From Oscillospiraceae bacterium (lineage in GTDB: Bacteria > Bacillota > Clostridia > Oscillospirales > Ruminococcaceae), in NCBI GenBank assembly GCA_045628085.1, contig JAZQOZ010000147.1, forward strand, positions 3,439-67,438: a DNA stretch of 64,000 nt, read 5' to 3'. Shown piece by piece: positions 37,571-45,821 of this stretch. Each line of letters starts with the position of its first letter. Within the stretch, counting starts at the first letter, position 1. The notes beneath the pieces were generated by a model. It saw only the letters and a list, made by a program, of their open reading frames with translations, ran no database searches and was not told where the DNA came from. The position numbers and the translations under genes were made by a program.

Positions 37571-38464
37571 TCACCGTTCCTGTATCAGGGATGCGAACGT
37601 CTGCTCCGGTGTCAGATCAGTCTCACGGATCTCCCATGTTTCCTCAATGACAGCCGATTCGCCGGGCTGATATTCGCGCAGCGCACCAAGCAGTTCGCAT
37701 TCCAGAAAATGCTTATTTGTATAAGTTTCAAAATTGCAGGCGAAATCCGGATAGCTGACCGAATCATCATATCCGCCGAATTTCAATGTAAAGACCTGAT
37801 TGCCGGCGCAGTAAACTGCGAAGCCGTCCGTCACATTAAAACCTGCCTTGAACGCCGTTTCCGCTTTTGTATCATGCAGAAGTGACGCATAGGAATCCGT
37901 CAGCGCAAAGCGCGGATCCCTGATATCGGAATAGCTCCAGAGTGCCATTGTCCGGTTCGGTAGAAAGCCTGTCTGTGCGCGGTTCAGCGGAACGAACTCC
38001 GTACCGCCGCCTGCAAGTCCCGTTACCGACCACGGCGCAAATTTCGCCGGTCCATCCGAAATATTGCGGATCTCATTCCGGATGCGAACGGAATTGCCGT
38101 CAGACATTGTCACGGAAAGAGAAAACTGTTTGCCGAAGGGTGTTGCTTTCGGTGTCAGCGTCAGAACGCCGTCCGTAAAGTCCCATTCAACACGGCTGTT
38201 ATCGGGATAGTATGTTTCCGGCATGATCTCCGGTGCTGACCAGAGACGGTGTCCGCCATAGGCATACCACGTACCGTAACCCTTTGTCAGTTCACAGAAA
38301 TCTCTGCGCACATCTTCAAAGAGGATATTCTCATTTCCTCTGGTTGAGAAGTAGATGATGCGCGGTCCGACATCGAGTGTTGCGATGAGCCTGATGACGC
38401 CGTTTTCCAGACAGATGCATCTGCCGAAATTCTGGTAGGAAATCTCATGGCATTGAATCGTCAT
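37571..38464 (-). CDS. hypothetical protein, possibly galactose-mutarotase-like / DUF4380-type (tentative)
   Basis: 297 aa and all-beta-looking, with GGHRLWSAPE. RBS AAAGGAG. It is the first gene of the GH3-xylA-ABC operon. Confidence 0.6.
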   Translation of the reverse strand: MTIQCHEISYQNFGRCICLENGVIRLIATLDVGPRIIYFSTRGNENILFEDVRRDFCELTKGYGTWYAYGGHRLWSAPEIMPETYYPDNSRVEWDFTDGVLTLTPKATPFGKQFSLSVTMSDGNSVRIRNEIRNISDGPAKFAPWSVTGLAGGGTEFVPLNRAQTGFLPNRTMALWSYSDIRDPRFALTDSYASLLHDTKAETAFKAGFNVTDGFAVYCAGNQVFTLKFGGYDDSVSYPDFACNFETYTNKHFLECELLGALREYQPGESAVIEETWEIRETDLTPEQTFASLIQER

Positions 38465-38580
38465 ATATTGCTCCTTTCCGCTTTACAAGTATTATAGCTT
38501 ATGTACAAAAAATAGGCTAATCAAAAATTGCGACATTCTCCTTGATTTTTGCGCACTCATCACAAAATAGCGAAAACTCC

Positions 38581-38609
38581 TTTACAAAATTGTTGCTTTG
38601 CGCTATAAT
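38581..38609 (+). promoter_or_regulatory. sigma-A type promoter for the AraC-family gene
   Basis: TTTACA-17 nt-TATAAT. Confidence 0.55.
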
Positions 38610-38683
38610 ATAGACATGGAAGATGAAGCAGAACAAGCCAAGACCGCAAATTCTGAATGATTATTTCGGAAAGGAGAACCGAG

Positions 38684-39592
38684 ATGATTAAAAATCTATC
38701 CGGTGACTATGAAACCGTTGAGTACGAAAACAAACGGTTTGTCATGCTTTATGACAACAACGAAACCGAATTTTATCCGATGCATTGGCACAATGCTGTT
38801 GAGATCATCATGCCGATCGAGAATCCGTTTACGGTCAAGACCGGCGATACGGAATTCGTCCTTCAGGAGCGGGATATCATCATTATTCCGCCCGGCGAAC
38901 TGCATACCCTGCCGCCGCAGGCAGGCAGACGCATCATTTTCCAGTGTGACAACAGTGTGATCAGCAACGTTTCCGCATTGGAAGCGATCTTGCCGGTATT
39001 TCAGACTACACTGCTCATTACGCCCGATACCAACCGCGATCTCTATCTTCTGGCGAAAAAGCAGATCCTCGATATCTATTCCGAATATTACGCAAATACG
39101 GAGATTTCCGATGTCCGTATCTACATGAATCTCATCAATCTGCTCGTGGCAGTACGCGAGCATCAGATCGAGATGAGCCGGCAGTCGCTCGCCTGTGCAA
39201 AGGAGAAAATTCTCCAGTACAGCGAGAAATTCAAGCTCGTGATGAAGTATATCGACCAAAACTATATGTACGATATTTCGCTTGATAAACTCGCGGATAT
39301 TGCCGGTTACAGCAAGTTCCATTTCTCGCGTATTTTCAAGCAGTATAATTCCATGTCGTATATCCAGTACATCAATATGCGCAGGACACGCGCCGCAGAG
39401 ATGCTTCTGCTTGATCCTTCCATTCCGATCACAGAAGTCGCAATGCGTGCAGGTTTTTCCAGTCTGTCAACTTTTAACCGTATTTTTAAGGAATTCAAGC
39501 ACTGCACGCCGTCAAGCTATCAGCGTTTTTACTGTTCAACGGGCGAACTGCCGATCGCAGAACAAAGTCCGGATGTGCAAACCGATGAATAA
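38684..39592 (+). CDS. AraC family transcriptional regulator (cupin sensor + HTH)
   Basis: N-terminal cupin FYPMHWHNAVEIIMP. C-terminal HTH LADIAGYSKFHFSRIFKQ...VAMRAGFSSLSTFNRIFK. The start is ATG 38684, after AAAGGAGAA. It is divergent from the xylose operon. Confidence 0.88.
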   Translation: MIKNLSGDYETVEYENKRFVMLYDNNETEFYPMHWHNAVEIIMPIENPFTVKTGDTEFVLQERDIIIIPPGELHTLPPQAGRRIIFQCDNSVISNVSALEAILPVFQTTLLITPDTNRDLYLLAKKQILDIYSEYYANTEISDVRIYMNLINLLVAVREHQIEMSRQSLACAKEKILQYSEKFKLVMKYIDQNYMYDISLDKLADIAGYSKFHFSRIFKQYNSMSYIQYINMRRTRAAEMLLLDPSIPITEVAMRAGFSSLSTFNRIFKEFKHCTPSSYQRFYCSTGELPIAEQSPDVQTDE

Positions 39593-39886
39593 GCCGTTCT
39601 GTTTTTTGTTCAATCCGCGCAATATCTGCACTTTGCAAAAATTGCGCCGCAATTTATGATGAATCGCAATGATTTCTGCTGTATTTTGACAGGATGTGCA
39701 AATTCTTCCGCATTAAATGAGAAACGGCGATTGATCCGCCGCCGCATTTCCAAATATACTATATGTTATAGAATGACCGCCGAACGCAGGCTGATTGCCT
39801 GAATCCGGCGGTCATTTTGCTGATACGATCCATTACACAAAGCGAACAGAACAGCGCAGACTTCACTGTTTACCCTGCAAACACAC

Positions 39887-40663
39887 TCATTGAAGCGAAC
39901 CCATTCCGTCCTGCCAGTGCGGCGTATTGCCTGCCAGCGTTTCGGAATAGTACAGCAGGATCGCCTGCGCATCTTCCGCATCCAGTCTGCCGTCTCCGCT
40001 GATATCACAGGCGGCTGATGCGGCAGGCACGATCTCCGCAGGTTTGTCCGAAAGCAATTCGGCATAAGCATTCAGCGTTTGCTGTGCATCACTGACATCC
40101 ACTGTGCCGTCACCGTCAAAATCCCCGCGTATGCGCTGATATCGCGGGAATCCGATCTCTGCTGCCTGCTGTTTTACACCGTCTGCATATTCCGTATTTG
40201 CGGAAAGCTGCTCCGGTGCGGCAATTTCGGTATCCTTTGCCTGTAAATACGAACCTGTAAAGCATACTTCCGTTTTTTCATACTGCGGTGCATCGGAATA
40301 ATCTGCATTGTCAATGGTGAATTTCTGCGTATATGTGCTGACTGCCGCACCGCCCGATACGGTCGGCGTGCTGACCGTGATTGTGTAATCACCCGGTTCG
40401 GCACGAAAAATATAATTATGCTCCGGCTCACTTTGCAGTTCGGTATCATACAGCAAAAGATTCTCGCGCTCCGGTGAATGCTGCACAATGCGGATCTGCA
40501 CCCTGTTGTTCTCCAGACCGCTGAACCGGATGATGTCCTCGCTCAGCGGCTCAAAATCCGGACAGACCGTTTCAATACAGACTGTCTGCTCCGCTGCCTG
40601 TACAGGCAATGCGAAAAACGAAATACAGCAGCCAAGCGCTGTCAATATGATCCCTGTTTTCAT
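39887..40663 (-). CDS. secreted protein with C-terminal dockerin, N-terminal domain unknown
   Basis: Signal peptide MKTGIILTALGCCISFFALPVQAAE. Dockerin segments GDFDGDGTVDVSDAQQTLNAY and DISGDGRLDAEDAQAILLYY. Confidence 0.8.
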   Translation of the reverse strand: MKTGIILTALGCCISFFALPVQAAEQTVCIETVCPDFEPLSEDIIRFSGLENNRVQIRIVQHSPERENLLLYDTELQSEPEHNYIFRAEPGDYTITVSTPTVSGGAAVSTYTQKFTIDNADYSDAPQYEKTEVCFTGSYLQAKDTEIAAPEQLSANTEYADGVKQQAAEIGFPRYQRIRGDFDGDGTVDVSDAQQTLNAYAELLSDKPAEIVPAASAACDISGDGRLDAEDAQAILLYYSETLAGNTPHWQDGMGSLQ

Positions 40664-40838
40664 TTTGATTCTCCTTTTTCTTCGCAGAATGCTGTTTTCA
40701 GTATAGCATAAGACTGCTCTTTTGTCAAATCGTCAGTACGAACGCAAAATATCAAGCAGAGGCGAGAGAATCCCCTGCAGAACTTCTGCAATCCCCGAAA
40801 AACAGCCGAATCCGACACGGACAGGCCGAAAACAGGAC

Positions 40839-40867
40839 TTGATTTTTTCTGCGGAATGTATTATAAT
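40839..40867 (+). promoter_or_regulatory. sigma-A type promoter for the CNNM/HlyC-type gene
   Basis: TTGATT-17 nt-TATAAT. Confidence 0.5.
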
Positions 40868-40905
40868 AGTCCTGATATGCTTATGGCATCAGAAAGGAAA
40901 TATAC

Positions 40906-42186
40906 ATGATCTATCTCATAGTGATACTGGTTCTGCTCGTCTGCTCCGCACTGTTTTCTGCCAGTGAAACGGCATTTTCCAGTGTCAATAAGATTCGCCT
41001 GAAATCCGATGCGATGCAGGGCAATGTCCGTGCTGCAAAAGCGCTCAAACTCGCGGATTCCTTTGAACGCGCACTGACGGCGATTCTGATCGGCAACAAT
41101 CTCGTGAATATTCTTTCGGCTTCTCTCGGTACGATCCTTTTTACAGAGTGGTTCGGTGAGGGCGGTGTCGGCATCTCGACAATGGTGATGACCGTTCTCG
41201 TCCTGATCTTTGGTGAGATCCTGCCGAAAAGCTATGCAAAAAATCACGCCGAACAGCTTACGCTCCTGCTTGCTGCGCCGCTGAACGGTCTGATCTGGAT
41301 TTTGACACCGCTCGTTTTTCTGTTCAATCAGCTTGCAAAGCTCGTGACGAAAAAGGGCGCTGCACCTTCCGTGACGGAGGATGAACTCAAAGTCATTGTC
41401 GATCAGATCGAGGAGGAAGGCGTTCTGGAGGAACAGGAAAGCGCACTTGTTCGTTCAGCACTGGAATTTGATGAAATATCGGTCGATGAGGTACTTGTTC
41501 CGCGTGTGCGTGTCACGGCGATTCCGAAGGATACGCCCATCAGCGAGATCAAGCAGATCTTCCTCTCGGAGCGTTATTCCCGTCTGCCGGTCTACGACAA
41601 TACCATTGATGATATCATCGGCTTCATCACCGAAAAGGATTTCTTCGGTCTGCTCGAAAGCGGCGGAAAAGAACTTGCTCCGATCATCAAAAATGTTCTG
41701 CGTTTGCCTGAATTTGCACGTATCAGCGAAGCTATGAAGCAGATGCAGCGTGCAAAATCCCATATCGCCATTGTGGTCGATCAGTACGGCGGCACAAAGG
41801 GTATCGTCACACTGGAGGATATCATTGAGGAGCTTGTCGGCGAGATCTACGATGAAGCAGATGAGGTCGTTCCGATGCTGACAAAATGCGGAGAAGATCG
41901 CTATGAGGTTTCCGGTGAGCTTTCGATCGCCGATCTCTGCGATGCGCTCGGTCTTTCGGAAGATCGTATTGTGACGGACTGCACCTCGGTCGGCGGCTGG
42001 CTGACGGAGCTTGCAGGACATATCGCAGAGAAAAATGAAACCGTCAGCGGCGACTGGTTTCGCATGACCGTTTTGCAGATGCAGGAGCAGCGCGTGCAGC
42101 GCATTCTCCTCGAACTGACTGCGGCGGAATCCGATTCCGCAAATGCCGGCGAAACGGCGGAAATGACCGCAGGCAGCGTCCGGTGA
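40906..42186 (+). CDS. hemolysin-family / CNNM (DUF21)-CBS-CorC_HlyC domain membrane protein
   Basis: N-terminus LLVCSALFSASETAFSSVNKIRLK (DUF21), then a CBS pair, then a C-terminal CorC/HlyC-like domain. 426 aa. Confidence 0.85.
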   Translation: MIYLIVILVLLVCSALFSASETAFSSVNKIRLKSDAMQGNVRAAKALKLADSFERALTAILIGNNLVNILSASLGTILFTEWFGEGGVGISTMVMTVLVLIFGEILPKSYAKNHAEQLTLLLAAPLNGLIWILTPLVFLFNQLAKLVTKKGAAPSVTEDELKVIVDQIEEEGVLEEQESALVRSALEFDEISVDEVLVPRVRVTAIPKDTPISEIKQIFLSERYSRLPVYDNTIDDIIGFITEKDFFGLLESGGKELAPIIKNVLRLPEFARISEAMKQMQRAKSHIAIVVDQYGGTKGIVTLEDIIEELVGEIYDEADEVVPMLTKCGEDRYEVSGELSIADLCDALGLSEDRIVTDCTSVGGWLTELAGHIAEKNETVSGDWFRMTVLQMQEQRVQRILLELTAAESDSANAGETAEMTAGSVR

Positions 42187-42232
42187 GCAGATATCTGCAC
42201 ATAAGCTGTTAAAACAATAGAAAATATCAGGA

Positions 42233-42268
42233 AAGTTGTACGGAAACGTGCAACTTTTTTGTTTTTTT
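42233..42268 (+). terminator. rho-independent terminator
   Basis: AAGTTGTACG-GAAA-CGTGCAACTT (one G-U pair), followed by TTTTTTGTTTTTTT. Confidence 0.7.
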
Positions 42269-42370
42269 CGGCTATTATCGGGAGCAGTTGGTATCCGGCA
42301 GGGATCGGCGGTGCATACCGCAGAGGGAGCGATCCACTGTCAGCCAATGAAAAAGGAGGTGCAATGCAAA

Positions 42371-42847
42371 ATGGAAATACCGGTCAGGATCCGGCAGCTT
42401 CATGCAGAAACCGTATCACATGACGTATTCGGCGTATGCGGAAACAGCGGCGATACGATCCGGTTCGATTTCGATGCGGAATGGGATGCGTACCCTGACA
42501 AAACCGCCTGTATGGTCATTGTATCGCCGCAGGGCAGAACTGTAACGGAGATCCCGTTTCAGGGGAATGTCTGCACGCTGCCCCCTGTCCGCCGTACGGC
42601 TGCGATATCGGTCGGTGTCTGCGCAGGCTCGCTGCACACTGCAGCTTCTGCAAGCATTCCGTATCGGGAATGTATCACAGACATCTTTGCAGAAGAATTT
42701 TTCCCGAAAGCGGATATCTGCAATAAAGTGCTTGCAGAACTGATGCATCAGGATATGCAGGATGAATGCAGCGGCAGATATCTTGTCAGCGCAGATGATG
42801 ACTATATCGCAACACAGGCAGGCGACTATCTTTTGTCAAAGGAGTGA
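42371..42847 (+). CDS. hypothetical phage-like protein, paralog of the 43532-44011 product
   Basis: The start is set at the in-frame ATG 11 nt after AAGGAGG. It shares VCGNS..., FDxDAEWDAYP and F(Q/E)GN...LPPV.R blocks with the second copy. Confidence 0.65.
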   Translation: MEIPVRIRQLHAETVSHDVFGVCGNSGDTIRFDFDAEWDAYPDKTACMVIVSPQGRTVTEIPFQGNVCTLPPVRRTAAISVGVCAGSLHTAASASIPYRECITDIFAEEFFPKADICNKVLAELMHQDMQDECSGRYLVSADDDYIATQAGDYLLSKE

Positions 42848-42851
42848 TTGA

Positions 42852-43532
42852 ATGGCAGACAGAAAAATCAATACCGGACTGACAGAAACGGAGATCCGGA
42901 CAGCTTTTTCCCGTGCGCTGAATGATATGACGGATGCGGAGATCAGGGCGCTTGTATCAGAAGAAACTGTCAGCCGGCAGCAGGCAGATGCACAGCTTCA
43001 TAATGCACTTGCTGCGGAAACAACAGCTCGGCAGACCGCTGATACCGCCATACAGTCAGATGCAGCAAAGCAGCTGAATGCATTGACCGCACAGATCAAC
43101 GGCGGTGCAAAGAACCGAATGCCTGTCGAATCGGGAACGGCATCATCAAGTGTATCATGGTTTCAGGCAAACGGTCTGTCAATTCCGGCAGGGCAGTATA
43201 TCGTGTTCTTCCGAAACATGGAGTCCGATGATACGGATGCAGCAACGTGCAGAGGAATCTTTTTTGATGCAAACGGCGGCAATGCGTCCTCATATTTCCA
43301 GATCCCGCGCGGTCAGGATGTCTTTGCTGAGGTTACGATCACTACAGATGCAAAATCGCTTAGAATCAATCAATCCGATACGGTAGGCCACAGCGCAGGC
43401 GATACGATGTCATTCAGCGGTGCGATGATTTGCAGAAAATCCGATTGGGATATCTCGCATGATTTTGTGCCGTATTGTCCGACCATGCCGGAATTGTATC
43501 AGATGATCCTTTCGCTGAACGGAGGCTGCTGA
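42852..43532 (+). CDS. phage tail-fibre-like protein (Ala/Gln-rich coiled-coil N-terminus, globular C-terminus)
   Basis: RQQADAQLHNALAAETTARQTADTAIQSDAAKQLNALTAQ is a heptad-like segment typical of fibre shafts. 226 aa. Confidence 0.55.
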   Translation: MADRKINTGLTETEIRTAFSRALNDMTDAEIRALVSEETVSRQQADAQLHNALAAETTARQTADTAIQSDAAKQLNALTAQINGGAKNRMPVESGTASSSVSWFQANGLSIPAGQYIVFFRNMESDDTDAATCRGIFFDANGGNASSYFQIPRGQDVFAEVTITTDAKSLRINQSDTVGHSAGDTMSFSGAMICRKSDWDISHDFVPYCPTMPELYQMILSLNGGC

Positions 43533-44011
43533 TGCGTGAGATTTCAATTACGGTGCGTGACCGTGTTGCGGCGGTTTCCGGTTCGCCGGAGATCGTCTGC
43601 GGAAACAGTGATTATACGGCGGTATTCGATCTGGATGCAGAATGGGACGCTTATCCCGTTAAGATCGCGCGTGTTGTCTGGAAGGACGAAGATACAGGGA
43701 AAATGCTGTATCAGGATGTGCTTTTTGAAGGCAATCGTGCAGTTCTGCCGCCTGTTTCACGCACAACACAGATTTGGCTCGGCATCTTTTCCGGTGATAT
43801 CCGGACAACAACACCCGTGCGGATCCCGTGCTGTGCATCCGAATCCGGCAGCAATGCGGTGCATCCTGAACCGGAATCGGAAATTTATATCCAGCTTCTG
43901 CGTTATCTGGAGTACCTGCATACAAAAGGAATTCATGCCGGAGCAGAAAAGGAGATCTGCTGCGGCGCAGAAGGAATCTGCGGAATACCGATCACTGAGG
44001 AGGAGATTTAA
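43532..44011 (+). CDS. hypothetical phage-like protein, paralog of the 42371-42847 product
   Basis: ATG overlaps the upstream stop (TGATG), with GGAGG 7 nt upstream. MREISITVRDRVAAVSGSPEIVCGNSDYTAVFDLDAEWDAYP. Confidence 0.65.
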   Translation: MREISITVRDRVAAVSGSPEIVCGNSDYTAVFDLDAEWDAYPVKIARVVWKDEDTGKMLYQDVLFEGNRAVLPPVSRTTQIWLGIFSGDIRTTTPVRIPCCASESGSNAVHPEPESEIYIQLLRYLEYLHTKGIHAGAEKEICCGAEGICGIPITEEEI

Positions 44012-44013
44012 AA

Positions 44014-44601
44014 ATGGAAGCAAGAAATATCGGAAGTGCGGCTGATATTTATCAGACGCTTACGGACAGCAGGCTTTTCAGCAGAGTGGAACTTTCCGGT
44101 ACAGTGACGAATTGCTATGACAGCGAAGGCAATCTGATCGTAAAAGCAGACGGAAACGTCAATCTCTATGGCTATGCAGATGCAGAGCATTCCATTCCGA
44201 ACAATTCGCTCGGTTCGATCACGCACGCTTATTTATGCCAAAAAGGCGTGATCCTTGCAAAATACTATAGCAATCATTTGAACCGGATCTTTGTTCTGAC
44301 AAAGACCAATACCGGCAATGCGGCAATGGTTTTTCTGGATGTAGGAAACAGCGAATGGAATGCCGTGACATGGGGCGACGTTTTGCCGCTGACCGGCAAA
44401 GAAATGATCGCTGTGCAGTCCAATCAGTATGCACTGCTCCCCTTCGTGACAAATGCGGCGCTCGGCGTGGAATCCTTCACGCCGGACGCATTCTACAGTG
44501 CGGTCAATACCGGTAATCTTCTGCCGCGCAGTTTTACGATCCGCAATGAGCGATGGTTTGCGATCGGAAATGCTGTTCTGCGCGATAATCCGGAAAATTA
44601 A
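44014..44601 (+). CDS. hypothetical phage-like protein (195 aa)
   Basis: RBS GAGGAGG. It starts 2 nt after the preceding gene. No recognisable motif. Confidence 0.6.
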   Translation: MEARNIGSAADIYQTLTDSRLFSRVELSGTVTNCYDSEGNLIVKADGNVNLYGYADAEHSIPNNSLGSITHAYLCQKGVILAKYYSNHLNRIFVLTKTNTGNAAMVFLDVGNSEWNAVTWGDVLPLTGKEMIAVQSNQYALLPFVTNAALGVESFTPDAFYSAVNTGNLLPRSFTIRNERWFAIGNAVLRDNPEN

Positions 44602-44690
44602 ATATATTTGTCGCAATCTGCATTATGCCTGCATATCATGAAATACGGAATCATAAGGATTCCGGAAGTGATACGGAAAGGATGAGCAGA

Positions 44691-45395
44691 ATGTTCAAAC
44701 CACGAATGACAAAGCCGGAAAACGGCAATCGCTACTATAATACGATTGCAAACGGCGGCGTTTCTACGGCGATCATCGGCAGACCGCGTGACAGCGGATG
44801 CAATGTGCTTGCAAATTGTGTCGGGTATGTGACCGGAAGATTCAATGAGATCATCGGCAGCGGAAATTTCGTATATTTCAATTATCCGCCGAATGCAGAG
44901 GATCTGTATGAAGCTGCCCGTTCACAGGGATTGGCAGTCGGGAATGTACCGCGGCTCGGTGCAATGATCGTATGGGCAAAGGGAAAAACGACAGTCTCCG
45001 CTGACGGTGCAGGCCATGCCGCTATTGTTGAGCAGATCCATGCGGACGGCAGTATCATAACATCGGAAAGCGGCTACGATGCAGCAGTGCCCTTCTGGCT
45101 CTCAAAGCGCAGCAATCAGGACGGAAACTGGGGACAGAACAATGCGTATCGTTATCTCGGCTTTGTCTATCAGCCGGAAATCGTGCCGGAAGGTCTGATC
45201 CGAAAAGGTGATTTCGGCGATGCAGTCTGGTGGATGCAGGAACAGCTTGCAGCGCAGGGATATCTGCGGAGAAATGAGATCGACGGTTATTTCGGTATCA
45301 TTACGCTTGGCGGTCTGCTCGCATTTCAGTTTGAGAAAAAACTGATCGTTGACGGGATTTGCGGTGCTGCAACAAAAGCCGCACTGCTCAGATAG
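44691..45395 (+). CDS. CHAP-domain peptidoglycan hydrolase with C-terminal PG_binding_1 domain (endolysin-like)
   Basis: Cys region SGCNVLANCVGYVTGRF and His region GAGHAAIVEQIHADGSIITSESGYD. The C-terminus is GDAVWWMQEQLAAQGYL...DGYFGIITLGGLLAFQ...DGICGAATKAAL. No signal peptide. The start is set at the ATG 9 nt after GGAAAGG. Confidence 0.75.
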   Translation: MFKPRMTKPENGNRYYNTIANGGVSTAIIGRPRDSGCNVLANCVGYVTGRFNEIIGSGNFVYFNYPPNAEDLYEAARSQGLAVGNVPRLGAMIVWAKGKTTVSADGAGHAAIVEQIHADGSIITSESGYDAAVPFWLSKRSNQDGNWGQNNAYRYLGFVYQPEIVPEGLIRKGDFGDAVWWMQEQLAAQGYLRRNEIDGYFGIITLGGLLAFQFEKKLIVDGICGAATKAALLR

Positions 45396-45581
45396 GCTGC
45401 GCGTGATCGGACTCAACACAAAACGGCGATGCTGAAAAATTGCGCTAATATAGAAGTATTCCAAAACTATTATGTAAAGACCTATACAGCAAGCTACAAC
45501 AACAAAAGGACAGATACTTCTATTGACCTACCCCCATCAAGTCGATAACGCAAAAACAAAAAATAATCCATGATGTGACTA

Positions 45582-45621
45582 AAAGCAGTCTGTGCAATTT
45601 GCGCAGGCTGCTTTGTTGTTT
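45582..45621 (+). terminator. rho-independent terminator
   Basis: AAAGCAGTCTG...CAGGCTGCTTT, then GTTGTTT. Confidence 0.55.
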
Positions 45622-45735
45622 ACGCGACGCCAGTCCGACCGATCATTCAGCATACGCTTCATGAAATGAATTGTATGGAGAAAACATATCTTTTGACCGA
45701 AATTGCAATCAGCGGACAGGAACACTGCGCATCCC

Positions 45736-45764
45736 TTGACTTTCGCCCGAACATCCGATATAAT
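45736..45764 (+). promoter_or_regulatory. sigma-A type promoter for the ABC exporter pair
   Basis: TTGACT-17 nt-TATAAT. It lies inside the N-terminal extension of the track ORF, which argues for the downstream start. Confidence 0.6.
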
Positions 45765-45821
45765 ATAATAGTTATATTATGGGGCTTTCTCCACAGTCTG
45801 ATTATGGAGGTTCTCATTTCA

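Larger units (their letters stand above)
42371..45395 (+). mobile_element. orphan phage-derived module (tail-fibre-like genes plus endolysin); no capsid, portal, integrase or holin genes in the window
   Basis: Five co-directional, closely packed genes sit between two host terminators. The last encodes CHAP plus a peptidoglycan-binding domain. An AT-rich tract with a 10-bp inverted repeat (45450-45459 / 45514-45523) follows. Confidence 0.45.

Noticed and set aside
39593-39886. Possible small gene or RNA between the AraC gene and the dockerin gene.
   Set aside because: The region holds only a long-loop hairpin (ATGACCGCCG...CGGCGGTCAT) that is plausibly a terminator. The ORFs there (39766-40071, 39817-40002) overlap the dockerin gene antisense or lack RBSs.
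42371-44011. Diversity-generating retroelement (template/variable repeat) explanation for the two similar segments.
   Set aside because: No reverse transcriptase gene is nearby. The nucleotide identity is only moderate and is not restricted to adenine-specific differences. This is ordinary protein-level paralogy.
45666-45821. N-terminal extension of the first ABC exporter ORF. The same issue affects 15698-15802, 28043-28195, 23799-23858, 56748-56831, 58375-58452 and 61364-61435.
   Set aside because: The extensions contain promoters or leaders, or overlap upstream genes. They lack RBSs, and the internal starts give family-typical N-termini preceded by GGAGG-type sites.
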